Below, in pieces: positions 30,143 to 40,330 of a DNA stretch of 64,000 nt. Below the pieces are notes generated by a model. It was given only the letters and a program-made list of their open reading frames with translations. It did not search any database and had not been told where the DNA came from. This DNA comes from a virus. How positions within the stretch are numbered: the first letter of the stretch is position 1; each line of letters starts with the position of its first letter. The stretch lies in the IMG/VR virus record IMGVR_UViG_3300006749_000011, positions 21,818-85,817 of that record; one strand, given 5' to 3'. Position numbers and translations under genes: made by a program.

Positions 30143-30170
30143 CAAATTTTCAAAACGTGTTATACTAAAA
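30139..30170 (+). promoter_or_regulatory. Sigma70 promoter for primase (32-bp repeat B, copy 2)
   Basis: TTGACAAATTTTCAAAACGTGTTATACTAAAA identical to 29358..29389. Confidence 0.85.
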
Positions 30171-30184
30171 TCACGGAGGAAATT

Positions 30185-31120
30185 ATGGAGGAAAAAAGAA
30201 AGATGTTAACCGACATGCTCGGTTCATATCATCGTAAGGGTAATGAACATTTGTATCACTGTCCTTATTGTAAACACCACAAAAAGAAAATGTCTGTAAA
30301 CTTTGCAAATGGATTCTTTAAATGTTGGGTTTGCGATATTCGTGGAAAGAACATTTACAGGATTGTAAGAAAATTTGGCAATTACCAACAGAGGCAACGT
30401 TGGTTAGAGCTTGATGGTAGACTTGATCTCAAAGACTTTGATAAAATATATAAAGAAATAAACGAAATCGAAGAAGAGCCAACCTGCGACCTGCCAAAAG
30501 AAATAATTTCTCTTTGTAATAAAAGACTTCCACGCTCATCTCGTAAAGCAATTGATTATCTTCACAATAGAGGTATTGACGATTACCAAATAAAACTATG
30601 GAAAATTGGATATTGTACCGAGGGTAGATACGGAGGTAGAATCATTATCCCATCTTTCAATTCTAACGGAGATCCAAACTTCTTTATTGCTCGTTCTTAT
30701 GTCGGACACAGAATGAAGTACCTCAATCCAAGAACCACAAAAGACATTATATTTAATGAATTAATGATTGACTGGGATGAGCCTGTTACAATTGTTGAGG
30801 GAGCCTTTGATGCTATCGTCGCAGGAACACAAGGCATTCCAATTCTTGGTTCAACTCTTAGACCACAGTCTCGTTTGTTTCAAGCTCTTGCGATAAACGA
30901 CACACCAGTCTACATTGGTCTTGACCAAGATGCGGAGAAGAAAGCATCGTGGATGATTAAGAAAATGATTGAATACGACATGGAGGTCTACAAGATAGAC
31001 ACTTCTGCCGTTGAAGATGTCGGTTCTATGACTCCTCGACAATTCGAGAACGCAAAAGATAGGGCTCAACCTATAGACCCCGACTATTTCTTTTTTGATA
31101 AATTACTAAACGCTATCTAA
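30185..31120 (+). CDS. DNA primase (T4 gp61/DnaG-like)
   Basis: Zn finger CPYC...CWVC; YLHNRGI; RIIIP; TOPRIM IVEGAFDA and GLDQDA. Confidence 0.92.
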   Translation: MEEKRKMLTDMLGSYHRKGNEHLYHCPYCKHHKKKMSVNFANGFFKCWVCDIRGKNIYRIVRKFGNYQQRQRWLELDGRLDLKDFDKIYKEINEIEEEPTCDLPKEIISLCNKRLPRSSRKAIDYLHNRGIDDYQIKLWKIGYCTEGRYGGRIIIPSFNSNGDPNFFIARSYVGHRMKYLNPRTTKDIIFNELMIDWDEPVTIVEGAFDAIVAGTQGIPILGSTLRPQSRLFQALAINDTPVYIGLDQDAEKKASWMIKKMIEYDMEVYKIDTSAVEDVGSMTPRQFENAKDRAQPIDPDYFFFDKLLNAI

Positions 31121-31133
31121 CCATGGAGGATAT

Positions 31134-34100
31134 ATGATAAAAATAGCACACTTTGCGGATACACATATTCGTAATCTTAAATTTCATGACGAATACAGGT
31201 TTGTATTCAATCAGATATACAAAAAACTACAAAGCCAAAAGCCGGACTACATTGTTCATTGTGGTGACTTGGCTCATACAAAGACACAGTTGTCACCAGA
31301 GTATTTTGCTCTGGCCTCTGAGTTTTTAAAGAATTTGGCAGACATAGCACCGACCTACATCATTCTTGGGAACCATGACGGTAATCTAAAGAACTCTGAT
31401 AGGGAAGATGCTGTATCGCCTATTGTAAATGCACTAAACCACCCACAGCTCCACTTGTTGAAGAACTCTGGTCGTGTTTCTCCACAAGACGGTTTATGGT
31501 TCAATGTTCTTTCTATTTTTGATAGAGGTGCTTGGATGCGACCAAAAACCGGAGATATAAATATTGCTCTTTATCATGGTGCTGTTATGGGCTCTAGAAC
31601 AGGTTCCGGCTGGGCTATGGAACACGGAGATGATGATATTAGTATCTTCAAAGGTCATGATTATGTTATGCTTGGAGACATACACAAACCACAGATTTTA
31701 GATACTGAGGGCCGCGTTCAGTATGCTGGTTCTACAATACAACAAAACTTTTCAGAGGACGGAAGAAAAGGATACAAACTTTGGACAATTAGATCAAAAG
31801 ATGATTTTGATGCTCAACATGTTATCTTTTCAAATCCCCGACCATTTGTTACTATTAATCTAGATGACAAGGGCAAGATACCTCAACACTATCACATTCC
31901 ACATGGGTGTCGTCTTAGACTAATCTCAACTGTAAACATGGATAGCTCATCCATCCGCAAAATTACCGATTTAGCGCGTTCTAAGTACAATCCGGTGTCT
32001 TTATCCTTTTTAAACAAAGGGACGTCTAATTTCACATCCTCAGACGGTCAAGAACACAAAATGGAGAATATGCGAGATGTCTCCGTTCAAGAGAGGTATA
32101 TTCGAGAATATCTAAAAGATTATGAACTAGAAGAGGACTTGATGAGTCAAGTGCTAGATCTAAACACTAAGTATAATAAAGAGGTCGAGAAAATTGAAGA
32201 GGTACGAAGAAACGTCAAATGGAATATTAAAGAGATGGAGTTCTCAAATCTCTTTAACTATGGACAAGGTAATACTTTGGACTTTGCAAATCTCTCTGGA
32301 ACTGTTGGCATTTTTGGCAAGAACTACAGTGGGAAGTCTTCTGTTATTGATTCTGCTCTTTATGGCATTTATGGCGGAACCAGCAAAGCCGAGAAGAAGA
32401 ACGTTCACCTCGTCAATCAAAACAAAACTAAAGCCTCTATCAAGATGGTGGTCGAAGCAGATGGTCAAGAGTACCAAATTACTCGTAATCTTAATAAATC
32501 TTATAAAACCCAACGAGGAAAGTCCATCCCTGTGGCCTCTGGTGATCTTGACTTCCATAATCTCACTACCGATAGTTCTTGCAACGGTGATTCTGTAAAA
32601 GATACTGAGGCTAACATAAGAAAGATTTTTGGTAATATTGAAGACTTCATGATTACTTCCATGGCATCACAGTTGGACTCTCTTGCATTTATCAAAGAAG
32701 GGTCTACAAAGCGTAAGAATAAATTGGCCAAGTTTCTTGACCTTGACATCTTTGAACAAAAGCTAAGCTTTGCAAAGAAAGACTCTTCTGAGATATCCGC
32801 ACTAATAAAGCGTCTTAAAAATAAAAAAATTACAGAACTGTTAGTAGCCAAGCAAGAAGAGATAGAAGAAATCAATGATGATATAGACCACCAAACAGAT
32901 TTGTGCAAAAAATACAACACACGTTACGAAGAACTACTTGAAGATTTTTTAAAGATAGAAGAAGAGATTAGTTCTATTCCACAAAATATCATTGATATTG
33001 ATGAACTAGAAGATGAAATAGATCGTCTTGATTTAGAAATTCACAAAGCTGGTGTAAAAGTATCTGAAAACAAACAGCAGATAAAACAAAACCAACTTGC
33101 TATTCAACAAGCAGATGATATTGTAGACTCTATAAACAAACATAGGCTTACGAAAATTTTAGAGCAGTGTAGTGAGTTCGAAGAAGCTCTAAAGTCCTCA
33201 GAACAAGAACTTAAGAAGCTTAAAACAACAGAAAAACAATCTATTAAAAAAATCAATATGCTTCATGACCATAAGTACGATCCTGATTGTGAGTATTGCT
33301 CTAACAACAAATTTGTCAAAGATGCTACAAAAGCCAAAGATTATCTCCCAACTCTTGAAGAAGAGATTGAGGAAGTAGAAAAAATAATTGATGGTTGGAA
33401 ATTGAGTATCTTTGGCCTCGATAAAGAATCAGCTAAGAAAGAATTGCAAACTTTGGATAACAGTATAACTAAAAGAGACAAGTTTATGGCTACAAACAAG
33501 AATTTAGAAATAACAAACGAATCTCTTGTTTCTAGAATTTCTTTGATGGGTAACCAAAAATCATCTTTGGAACAAGAGCGAGATGAATATAATGCTAACC
33601 GCCAAGCGATTGAAAATCTTTCCTCCTTGGTAAAATCTAAAAACGCAGTTAAGATAAAAATGTCTGAGTCCAAAGAAAGAAAAGAAAAATGTGACAAAAA
33701 GATTCAAGATTATCTTGTTGAACTTGGAGCTGTCAAAAGTACCATCAAGCGCCTTCATGTCGAAAAGCGAGAGCAAGATGAGCTGGAAGAGTCGTTTATT
33801 GCCTATGAGTTGTTTATGCGCTGTATGCATCCCAACGGAATTGCCTATGAGATAATTAAACAGAAATTGTCGCTTATTAACGAGGAAATACAAAAGTGTC
33901 TTGCAAATATTGTCGACTTTGAAGTTATGTTCGAAGAAGATGGTCGAAACCTTGACATAAATATCAAGCATCCAAAGTATGACTCCCGTCCTATCTCCAT
34001 GGGCTCTGGTGCTGAGAAGACAATTGCTGCCATGGCTATACGCCTCGCTCTGATTGAAATAACGAACTTACCCAAGTCTACTTTGTTTATTATGGACGAA

Positions 34101-34274
34101 CCAGCAACGGCTCTTGACCAAGAACACATGGAAGGCTTTGTTCGTTTAATCGATATGATAAAGGATAAGTTCAAAACGGTGTTATTGATTTCTCACTTAG
34201 ATGTTTTAAAAGATTGTGTTGATAAGACGATAGACATACAAAAAGTCGGTGGTTATGCTAAAGTAAACTGTTAA
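31134..34274 (+). CDS. Fused Mre11/SbcD nuclease - Rad50/SbcC ATPase (gp47-gp46-like)
   Basis: DTH, GD, GNHD, HG, GDIH phosphoesterase motifs; Walker A GKNYSGKS; zinc hook CEYC in a coiled coil; signature GSGAEK; Walker B IMDEP; ISH. Confidence 0.93.
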   Translation: MIKIAHFADTHIRNLKFHDEYRFVFNQIYKKLQSQKPDYIVHCGDLAHTKTQLSPEYFALASEFLKNLADIAPTYIILGNHDGNLKNSDREDAVSPIVNALNHPQLHLLKNSGRVSPQDGLWFNVLSIFDRGAWMRPKTGDINIALYHGAVMGSRTGSGWAMEHGDDDISIFKGHDYVMLGDIHKPQILDTEGRVQYAGSTIQQNFSEDGRKGYKLWTIRSKDDFDAQHVIFSNPRPFVTINLDDKGKIPQHYHIPHGCRLRLISTVNMDSSSIRKITDLARSKYNPVSLSFLNKGTSNFTSSDGQEHKMENMRDVSVQERYIREYLKDYELEEDLMSQVLDLNTKYNKEVEKIEEVRRNVKWNIKEMEFSNLFNYGQGNTLDFANLSGTVGIFGKNYSGKSSVIDSALYGIYGGTSKAEKKNVHLVNQNKTKASIKMVVEADGQEYQITRNLNKSYKTQRGKSIPVASGDLDFHNLTTDSSCNGDSVKDTEANIRKIFGNIEDFMITSMASQLDSLAFIKEGSTKRKNKLAKFLDLDIFEQKLSFAKKDSSEISALIKRLKNKKITELLVAKQEEIEEINDDIDHQTDLCKKYNTRYEELLEDFLKIEEEISSIPQNIIDIDELEDEIDRLDLEIHKAGVKVSENKQQIKQNQLAIQQADDIVDSINKHRLTKILEQCSEFEEALKSSEQELKKLKTTEKQSIKKINMLHDHKYDPDCEYCSNNKFVKDATKAKDYLPTLEEEIEEVEKIIDGWKLSIFGLDKESAKKELQTLDNSITKRDKFMATNKNLEITNESLVSRISLMGNQKSSLEQERDEYNANRQAIENLSSLVKSKNAVKIKMSESKERKEKCDKKIQDYLVELGAVKSTIKRLHVEKREQDELEESFIAYELFMRCMHPNGIAYEIIKQKLSLINEEIQKCLANIVDFEVMFEEDGRNLDINIKHPKYDSRPISMGSGAEKTIAAMAIRLALIEITNLPKSTLFIMDEPATALDQEHMEGFVRLIDMIKDKFKTVLLISHLDVLKDCVDKTIDIQKVGGYAKVNC

Positions 34275-34284
34275 ATCTATTTCC

Positions 34285-34325
34285 AAAGCCTATTTAGTGT
34301 AAAAGCTATCTAGGCTTTTTCTTTT
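34285..34325 (+). terminator. Probable intrinsic terminator containing a late-promoter motif
   Basis: AAAGCCTA...TAGGCTTT then T-tract; CTATTTA at 34290..34296. Confidence 0.6.
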
Positions 34326-34336
34326 GGAGATTAAAG

Positions 34337-34609
34337 ATGAAACTCACAGAAAAACAAATCAAAAAGATTATCAAAGAAGAACTCAATAAAATTCTTAAAG
34401 AAAGTATGAGCCCTGATCACCCTGACTATGATCATGTTGCTGGTATTATTATGAGAACTTTTCAAAACATGATGCACCTTGCTCCATTGGTAAAACAAGG
34501 CATGGGGCATATGTTCGAAAATGACATTTATCATCATGTTGCTGAGGAAGCTCCTGAGCATGCAGAGTATATAACCCAAAGAGTAATGCAAATGCTTAAG
34601 GAAGTGTAA
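34337..34609 (+). CDS. Small protein with KEEL-type leader
   Basis: MKLTEKQIKKIIKEELNKILKE; GGAG RBS. Confidence 0.75.
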   Translation: MKLTEKQIKKIIKEELNKILKESMSPDHPDYDHVAGIIMRTFQNMMHLAPLVKQGMGHMFENDIYHHVAEEAPEHAEYITQRVMQMLKEV

Positions 34610-34884
34610 TGACTAGAGAAGAATTTTTAAAAGCAGGAGAAAAAATGGAACAAGAAAGAAAAGAAAGTCTGAAACAACAACTATACCTTGACAATAAACA
34701 AAAAGGTATCCTTGATGCTCTACAAGAGAAAGCAATCTCTCGTAAGCTGCTTGTGTTTGTATCAGCAACAGCTTTGTTATGGAACGCACAACTAGACCCT
34801 GAAACTTGGGGAATGATTGCTATGATGTATATTGGTGGACAAACCGCCGTTGACTTTGCCAAAATGTGGCGACACGGTGGTTAG
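34609..34884 (+). CDS. Putative holin (two TM segments)
   Basis: SRKLLVFVSATALLW and WGMIAMMYIGGQTAVD hydrophobic helices; 91 aa. Confidence 0.5.
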   Translation: MTREEFLKAGEKMEQERKESLKQQLYLDNKQKGILDALQEKAISRKLLVFVSATALLWNAQLDPETWGMIAMMYIGGQTAVDFAKMWRHGG

Positions 34885-34886
34885 TC

Positions 34887-35222
34887 ATGATCTGGTTGTA
34901 CAAAGCAAAGAATTGGATTGTAGCTCATAAGAACTGGTTGGTTCTTATGGGTTTGTTCGTTTTATCTTATGCTCTTGGCAAGAAAGCAAACAAGAACTAT
35001 CTTGAAATGGCTAACTTAGCTAAAAAACAATACAAGAAAGATAACGAAGAACTTGAGCATTTACAAAAAGCAAAACAAGCTAGAGATAAGAAAGCAAAAC
35101 AAAAAGCAAAAGCTGTAAAGGTTGCTCTTGAATCTGAGAAAGAAAAAAGATTAAAAGAATTAGAAACACAAAAAGCTGATCCTGATGATGTCTTTAAAAA
35201 CTTAGGAATAAAAAAGAAATGA
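34887..35222 (+). CDS. Putative inner-membrane spanin-like protein
   Basis: N-terminal TM (WLVLMGLFVLSYAL) followed by a Lys/Glu coiled coil; follows holin-like gene. Confidence 0.45.
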   Translation: MIWLYKAKNWIVAHKNWLVLMGLFVLSYALGKKANKNYLEMANLAKKQYKKDNEELEHLQKAKQARDKKAKQKAKAVKVALESEKEKRLKELETQKADPDDVFKNLGIKKK

Positions 35223-35608
35223 TTTTCTTACTATCTTTAGCATTTGCAGACGCACCCGAATACACCTACCTTGAAACAGGGGAACCAGCTCCGTTTGCTG
35301 GTCGTTTGTTTAACGACGAAGCGTCACAATTGATAGCTAACCAAGTCCAAGATGCAACAGATAAGTGTCTTATTGAACTGGACTATCAAGTCGGAATGGC
35401 TCTTGCAAAGAAAAACGAAGAAATTCAAGAGATAAGATCAAAGCATATCTACCAAAAGAAAGCCCTAGCATCTAAGATTGAATCCCAACAGAAGCGGATA
35501 GAAGACTTGGAGAAATTAAAAACACCATCAAAGAAGGAGCTTTGGTTCTCTTTGGGACTAATTAGTGGTGTAGCAATCACTATAGCTATAGCAAACGCGG
35601 TGAACTAA
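35219..35608 (+). CDS. Secreted/membrane coiled-coil protein, possible second spanin component
   Basis: Short signal-like MIFLLSLAFA, coiled coil, C-terminal TM LWFSLGLISGVAITIAIA. Confidence 0.4.
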   Translation: MIFLLSLAFADAPEYTYLETGEPAPFAGRLFNDEASQLIANQVQDATDKCLIELDYQVGMALAKKNEEIQEIRSKHIYQKKALASKIESQQKRIEDLEKLKTPSKKELWFSLGLISGVAITIAIANAVN

Positions 35609-35610
35609 AA

Positions 35611-36027
35611 ATGTTAATAAAAATTATTAAAAAAGTAAAGGACTTGGTATGCCCACCAGCAACTCAGGACCTAGCTCTTAACACAAAGAACCGAGATGCA
35701 ACAATAAAAAAATATAATTACGGTCCTCTAAATGTTGACGAACCAGCAGATTACTGGAAAAAAATAGCTAAGTATTGGAAAACAACTGAAAAAGCAGCTA
35801 TGAAATCTGTGTGTTATAATTGCGTTGCCTTCGACATCTCTCCTCGTATGAAAGATTGTTTACCTGGAGATACTTTTGATGATGACGGTATTTTAGGATA
35901 CTGTTGGATGCACCATTTTAAATGTCATTCTGCTCGTGCCTGTCACACTTGGGCTAAAGGCGGACCAATAAAAAACAATAAAGAATCAGCAGAGTGGCAA
36001 AAGAAAAACTCTGGTGGTATGAAATGA
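35611..36027 (+). CDS. Cys/His-rich hypothetical protein
   Basis: CYNCVAF...C...GYCWMHHFKCHSARACHTW. Confidence 0.7.
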   Translation: MLIKIIKKVKDLVCPPATQDLALNTKNRDATIKKYNYGPLNVDEPADYWKKIAKYWKTTEKAAMKSVCYNCVAFDISPRMKDCLPGDTFDDDGILGYCWMHHFKCHSARACHTWAKGGPIKNNKESAEWQKKNSGGMK

Positions 36028-37082
36028 AAATAACAAAACAAGATATAAAAAGAATGATAAAAGAAGAACTCCGAAGATTTCTTGATGAAGACTTATCATT
36101 ATTAAGAGACATGACGCCCGGCGATGTTCTCGAGTACATGAGACGAGAATTGAACGGAAAGACTTGGTTTTTTTGGGATTTAGAAACAATTGGTTTTGAT
36201 GGACAGATTACACAATATGGAGCTATAGCTTATAAGATTGATGATATTGATGGTCCGATTCCAACTAAGCCATTGGCCAGATTTGATGTAAATGTTGCTT
36301 TAAATGAAGAAACACTTGAAAGACATATTCTAGAACAGGACACAATAAACAAAGCAGATAAAGTTTTTAGTGATTTTGAAAAAACCCGTGAGCGCACAAG
36401 AGAAATAGATTTTTTATTGAAATTACAAGATAAACGAAAAGAAGGAGTACCTTTCACTGTGGCTGATATGATTGGCTACACAAATTATGTAACAAGACCC
36501 GACGACAGAACTGAGGTTGAAGCTATGGAAGAATTTCTAGCATGGGTTAAAGCTTTAGGTCCAAATGTTGTTTCTGTTGGTCATAATATAAAGTCTTTTG
36601 ACAGAAATAAAATTATAAAAGAAGGGCAAAAACTTGGAATTGATACCAAGGCTTTTGAACAAATAGATATCTTCGACACAGTAAACTTCCAAAGACAAGT
36701 GCTAAAGCAAATAGCACAGTATCAAATGGAACAAGGAGATCCGAGAATGACTCGTTTCTTTGACGGAAAAGAAAAAGAAATAAAAGGCGAAGTAAAAACC
36801 ATAATGTCTTTCAATGGAAAACTTCAAAGAATGATGGATATATATGGACCAGGACCAGATTACATTCAATTGCACACGGCAATTGACGACACAAGGCAAC
36901 TAATTACTGCTTTTTTTAATATGTATACTGAAGTGAAAGACCTTATTATGACTAACGAAAAAATAAGAAACCTATCATCAGCTATAAATGTACCAAGAGC
37001 ACAAAAAGAACTAGGTACGAAAGATACAAAAGACCCATTAGATATCAGTAAAGCACTTAAACGAACAAAGAGGGGATTATGA
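36024..37082 (+). CDS. DEDDh 3'-5' exonuclease with KEEL-type leader
   Basis: ExoI WDLET, ExoII GHNIKSFD, ExoIII LHTAIDD; start at ATGA overlap giving MKITKQDIKRMIKEELRRFLDE. Confidence 0.85.
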   Translation: MKITKQDIKRMIKEELRRFLDEDLSLLRDMTPGDVLEYMRRELNGKTWFFWDLETIGFDGQITQYGAIAYKIDDIDGPIPTKPLARFDVNVALNEETLERHILEQDTINKADKVFSDFEKTRERTREIDFLLKLQDKRKEGVPFTVADMIGYTNYVTRPDDRTEVEAMEEFLAWVKALGPNVVSVGHNIKSFDRNKIIKEGQKLGIDTKAFEQIDIFDTVNFQRQVLKQIAQYQMEQGDPRMTRFFDGKEKEIKGEVKTIMSFNGKLQRMMDIYGPGPDYIQLHTAIDDTRQLITAFFNMYTEVKDLIMTNEKIRNLSSAINVPRAQKELGTKDTKDPLDISKALKRTKRGL

Positions 37083-37453
37083 AAAAGAATGATCCAAACT
37101 ATATTGTAAAAGTGGAAAAAGCAATTGCAGAAAAATACGGTGAAGAAGCAATTGATAATCCAAAGCGACACTGGACTGATGAAAAAGAGAAAGAATATGT
37201 AAAGCAACTAAAAGACCTTTACACAACATCAAACGAAAAAGACAACTTCCAAGTTGAAGTTGGTGGCGTTTTTATTGCAGAGAAACTAATTACGAAAGAA
37301 TCTAAACGTTCTTGTCCTGTTTGTAATACTTATTCATTTAAATCAAGAGACGATGTCTATATGGCAAAATTTGATTGTTGTGAAAAATGTTATATTCAAT
37401 GGATTGAAGGGCGCGAAGAACGATGGCTTAAAGGATGGAGACCAAATGAGTAA
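37079..37453 (+). CDS. Hypothetical Zn-finger protein
   Basis: CPVC...CCEKC; ATGA-coupled. Confidence 0.7.
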   Translation: MKKNDPNYIVKVEKAIAEKYGEEAIDNPKRHWTDEKEKEYVKQLKDLYTTSNEKDNFQVEVGGVFIAEKLITKESKRSCPVCNTYSFKSRDDVYMAKFDCCEKCYIQWIEGREERWLKGWRPNE

Positions 37454-38000
37454 CACAACATTAGAAATTATACAAGGACTAGCACAAGCAGCAGCAAACG
37501 TTTATGACGGAGCCCATGACGAAAGATTTTCCTATGATGGTGAATCAAGAACAATGGGTCTAAAACGAGAAGAAGGCTGTCCAATAATGGACAGCAGAGT
37601 TATAGACGGATTTAAAGTTCGTTTTTATGGAGACTCAATGATTCTTTCATATCAATCAGATATCTTATTGAAAGAAGTTTATACAGGTAGGTTTGAACAA
37701 GACATAGAATCTATGCTAAATGACATTAAAAAGTTTTTAGAAAAAGAATATAGAGCCGTAACAGGTAAATCTGTCTCTCTCACTTCTAAAGGTGAGCCAA
37801 ATATTCTTGTTCAATCAACATCAAGGGTTCGTTCTTTTGTTGAGGCTAACCAACATTTTAAAATTGGTGGAATAGAATCTATGCCGATTCTTGAACCCTC
37901 AATTGACACTACAAGAGATGTAACAAGAAAGTTTCTAGAACAATTTTCAGACAAGCGACCACCAAACGATAAACGTAAAAAAGGAGCAAGTTCAAAATGA
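37446..38000 (+). CDS. Hypothetical protein
   Basis: GGAG RBS before ATG at 37446; 184 aa. Confidence 0.7.
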   Translation: MSNTTLEIIQGLAQAAANVYDGAHDERFSYDGESRTMGLKREEGCPIMDSRVIDGFKVRFYGDSMILSYQSDILLKEVYTGRFEQDIESMLNDIKKFLEKEYRAVTGKSVSLTSKGEPNILVQSTSRVRSFVEANQHFKIGGIESMPILEPSIDTTRDVTRKFLEQFSDKRPPNDKRKKGASSK

Positions 38001-38743
38001 AAATTTCCAATGAGCAATTAAAGCAAGTTATTCGTGAAGAATTAAACAAAGTTCTTAATGAAAATATAACTGAAAATGGCACTTATCCTATAATAAATTG
38101 GCAATTAATAGAAGAGCACGAAGATACAGATACTCCTTTTGAAATTAATGATGAAGTTGTTGAGATGTTTGCTGGAGATGACGACACATGGATTCGAAAC
38201 ATCTTAGGTGATGAACGTGCCGATAAAATAAGAAAAATGTTTGAAGGAGAAACAGTAGCAGAGTTTTTTGGTAACCCTGCTAATGGGCCAGCAGTTAACC
38301 AATTCTTTTCATTAGTAGAGACCTTAACAGACGTAGAAATAAAATATCCTGTTGGTATGTTGATTCTTGGTGGTGACACACATATTCGTGGATACAAATT
38401 TACCTTTGTTCCTGGTATTGGGTTTTCCTTTGTAGGCGAAAGCGAAAATTTGATAAGCGCAGTTGAAGCAGAGGGAACTGATGGTAAGGTTTACTTTGAA
38501 CCGGGCTACACATCAACTGATAGTTTGTTTGGTAACATGGAATATGTTTTACAAAGATATGGTGTTTTAGAACTTGAAAAAGCAATAAGAATGCATGGTC
38601 GACGTTCCAGGTATAGCGGAACCTCAGTTGATGCTGTTAATTTAGATTTTAACAAACTTATAGAACTTTTAAATAATGGAACATTAGCGGCTAAATGGAG
38701 CCATAGATATTACGGTTACATTATAACAACTCCCTATGAGTAA
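37997..38743 (+). CDS. Hypothetical protein with KEEL-type leader
   Basis: MKISNEQLKQVIREELNKVLNE; ATGA-coupled. Confidence 0.75.
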   Translation: MKISNEQLKQVIREELNKVLNENITENGTYPIINWQLIEEHEDTDTPFEINDEVVEMFAGDDDTWIRNILGDERADKIRKMFEGETVAEFFGNPANGPAVNQFFSLVETLTDVEIKYPVGMLILGGDTHIRGYKFTFVPGIGFSFVGESENLISAVEAEGTDGKVYFEPGYTSTDSLFGNMEYVLQRYGVLELEKAIRMHGRRSRYSGTSVDAVNLDFNKLIELLNNGTLAAKWSHRYYGYIITTPYE

Positions 38744-40329
38744 TGACTTTAAAACTATCAAAACAAGAAATAATAAAAGAAATCCTTAAATGCGGCAAAG
38801 ATCCTCTTTATTTTATAAATAATTATTGTAGGATCTCTCACCCTCTTAAAGGTTTAATTCCTTTTAACACTTATCCATACCAAGATGATTTGGTCAAGGA
38901 CTTCAACGATTATCGCTTCACAGTTATCCTTAAAGCAAGACAGTTAGGAATCTCCACGATATCAGCTGCTTATGCTGTTTGGTTTATGTTGTTTCACAAA
39001 GAAAAGAATATCTTGGTCATGGCGACCAAGTTCGGAACAGCAGCCAACTTGGTAAAGAAAGTAAAAATGGTAATGAAAAACTTGCCAAAGTGGATGCAAG
39101 TAGCAAGTATTACAATTGACAACAGAACCTCGTTTGAACTATCAAATGGGTCATCAATCAAGGCAGTCGGAACATCAGCAGACGCTGGTCGTTCAGAGGC
39201 GCTATCTTTATTAATTATAGATGAGGCAGCACACGTTGACGGCCTTGATGACCTATGGGCAGGTCTTTACCCTACTCTATCAACAGGGGGTCGCTGTATT
39301 GCTTTATCAACGCCTATGGGCGTTGGAAACTGGTTTCATAGAACTTACATAGACGCAGAGAATGGAGACAATGAATTTCATCCTGTATCTTTGCCTTGGG
39401 ATGTTCATCCTGAGCGTGATGAAAATTGGTTTGTTAAAGAAACCAAAAACATGTCAAGAAGACAAATAGCTCAAGAGCTTGAGTGCAACTTTAATACGTC
39501 CGGTGAAACCGTCATACATCCTGATGATATTCATTGGATTTACGAAATCCAACAAGAACCAGAGTACAAAACAGGCTGGGATAGAAATATGTGGATATGG
39601 GAAAAGTATCAAGAAGGTGTTCCTTATCTTATGGTTGCTGATGTTGCCAGAGGCGATGGAGCAGACTCTTCCGTATTTCATGTACTAAGAACAGATACTA
39701 TGGATGTAGTCGCAGAATATCAAGGTAAGCCAACTATGGATCATTTTGCAAAAATTTTATTTGATGCAGGAAAAGAATATAACAATTGTCTTATGGTAAT
39801 TGAAAACGTTGGTATAGGAATAGCAGCATGTGAAAAAGTAAGAGACCTTGGGTATCCTAATCTTTATTATTCAATTAAATCAACTCATCAATATGTTGAC
39901 TCTCTAGAAGGTGAATATAACGATAGAGCTGTTATTGGCTTTACTACTTCGATGAAAACAAGACCACTAATAGTAGCTAAGTTAGAAGAATACATAAGAA
40001 ACAAATTGGTTAAACCAAAATCTTCTCGTTTGTTTCATGAGTTTAAAACATTCATATGGAACAATGGTAAGCCACAAGCTATGAGATCGTATCACGATGA
40101 TTTAATTATGGCTCTTGCAATTGCTTGTTGGGTTCGAGACACAGCTCTAGAAGTTTCGGAAAAAGATAAGTTATATCAAGAAGCAATGATAAATTCTATT
40201 AAATCATCACAGACCACAATGAATACAGCTATCAAAGGAATGCGAGGCTTTGGTAGTACCAAAACACAAGAATCGTTAGAAGACTTTCAAAAGACCTATA
40301 AAGATTTTGCATGGATTTTTAAAGGTTAG
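38743..40329 (+). CDS. terL: Terminase large subunit (T4 gp17-like)
   Basis: KCGKDPLYFI, PYQ, Walker A KARQLGIST, Walker B IIDEAAH, STPMG; nuclease ADVARG, IEN, HDDLIMA. Confidence 0.97.
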   Translation: MTLKLSKQEIIKEILKCGKDPLYFINNYCRISHPLKGLIPFNTYPYQDDLVKDFNDYRFTVILKARQLGISTISAAYAVWFMLFHKEKNILVMATKFGTAANLVKKVKMVMKNLPKWMQVASITIDNRTSFELSNGSSIKAVGTSADAGRSEALSLLIIDEAAHVDGLDDLWAGLYPTLSTGGRCIALSTPMGVGNWFHRTYIDAENGDNEFHPVSLPWDVHPERDENWFVKETKNMSRRQIAQELECNFNTSGETVIHPDDIHWIYEIQQEPEYKTGWDRNMWIWEKYQEGVPYLMVADVARGDGADSSVFHVLRTDTMDVVAEYQGKPTMDHFAKILFDAGKEYNNCLMVIENVGIGIAACEKVRDLGYPNLYYSIKSTHQYVDSLEGEYNDRAVIGFTTSMKTRPLIVAKLEEYIRNKLVKPKSSRLFHEFKTFIWNNGKPQAMRSYHDDLIMALAIACWVRDTALEVSEKDKLYQEAMINSIKSSQTTMNTAIKGMRGFGSTKTQESLEDFQKTYKDFAWIFKG

Positions 40330-40330
40330 C

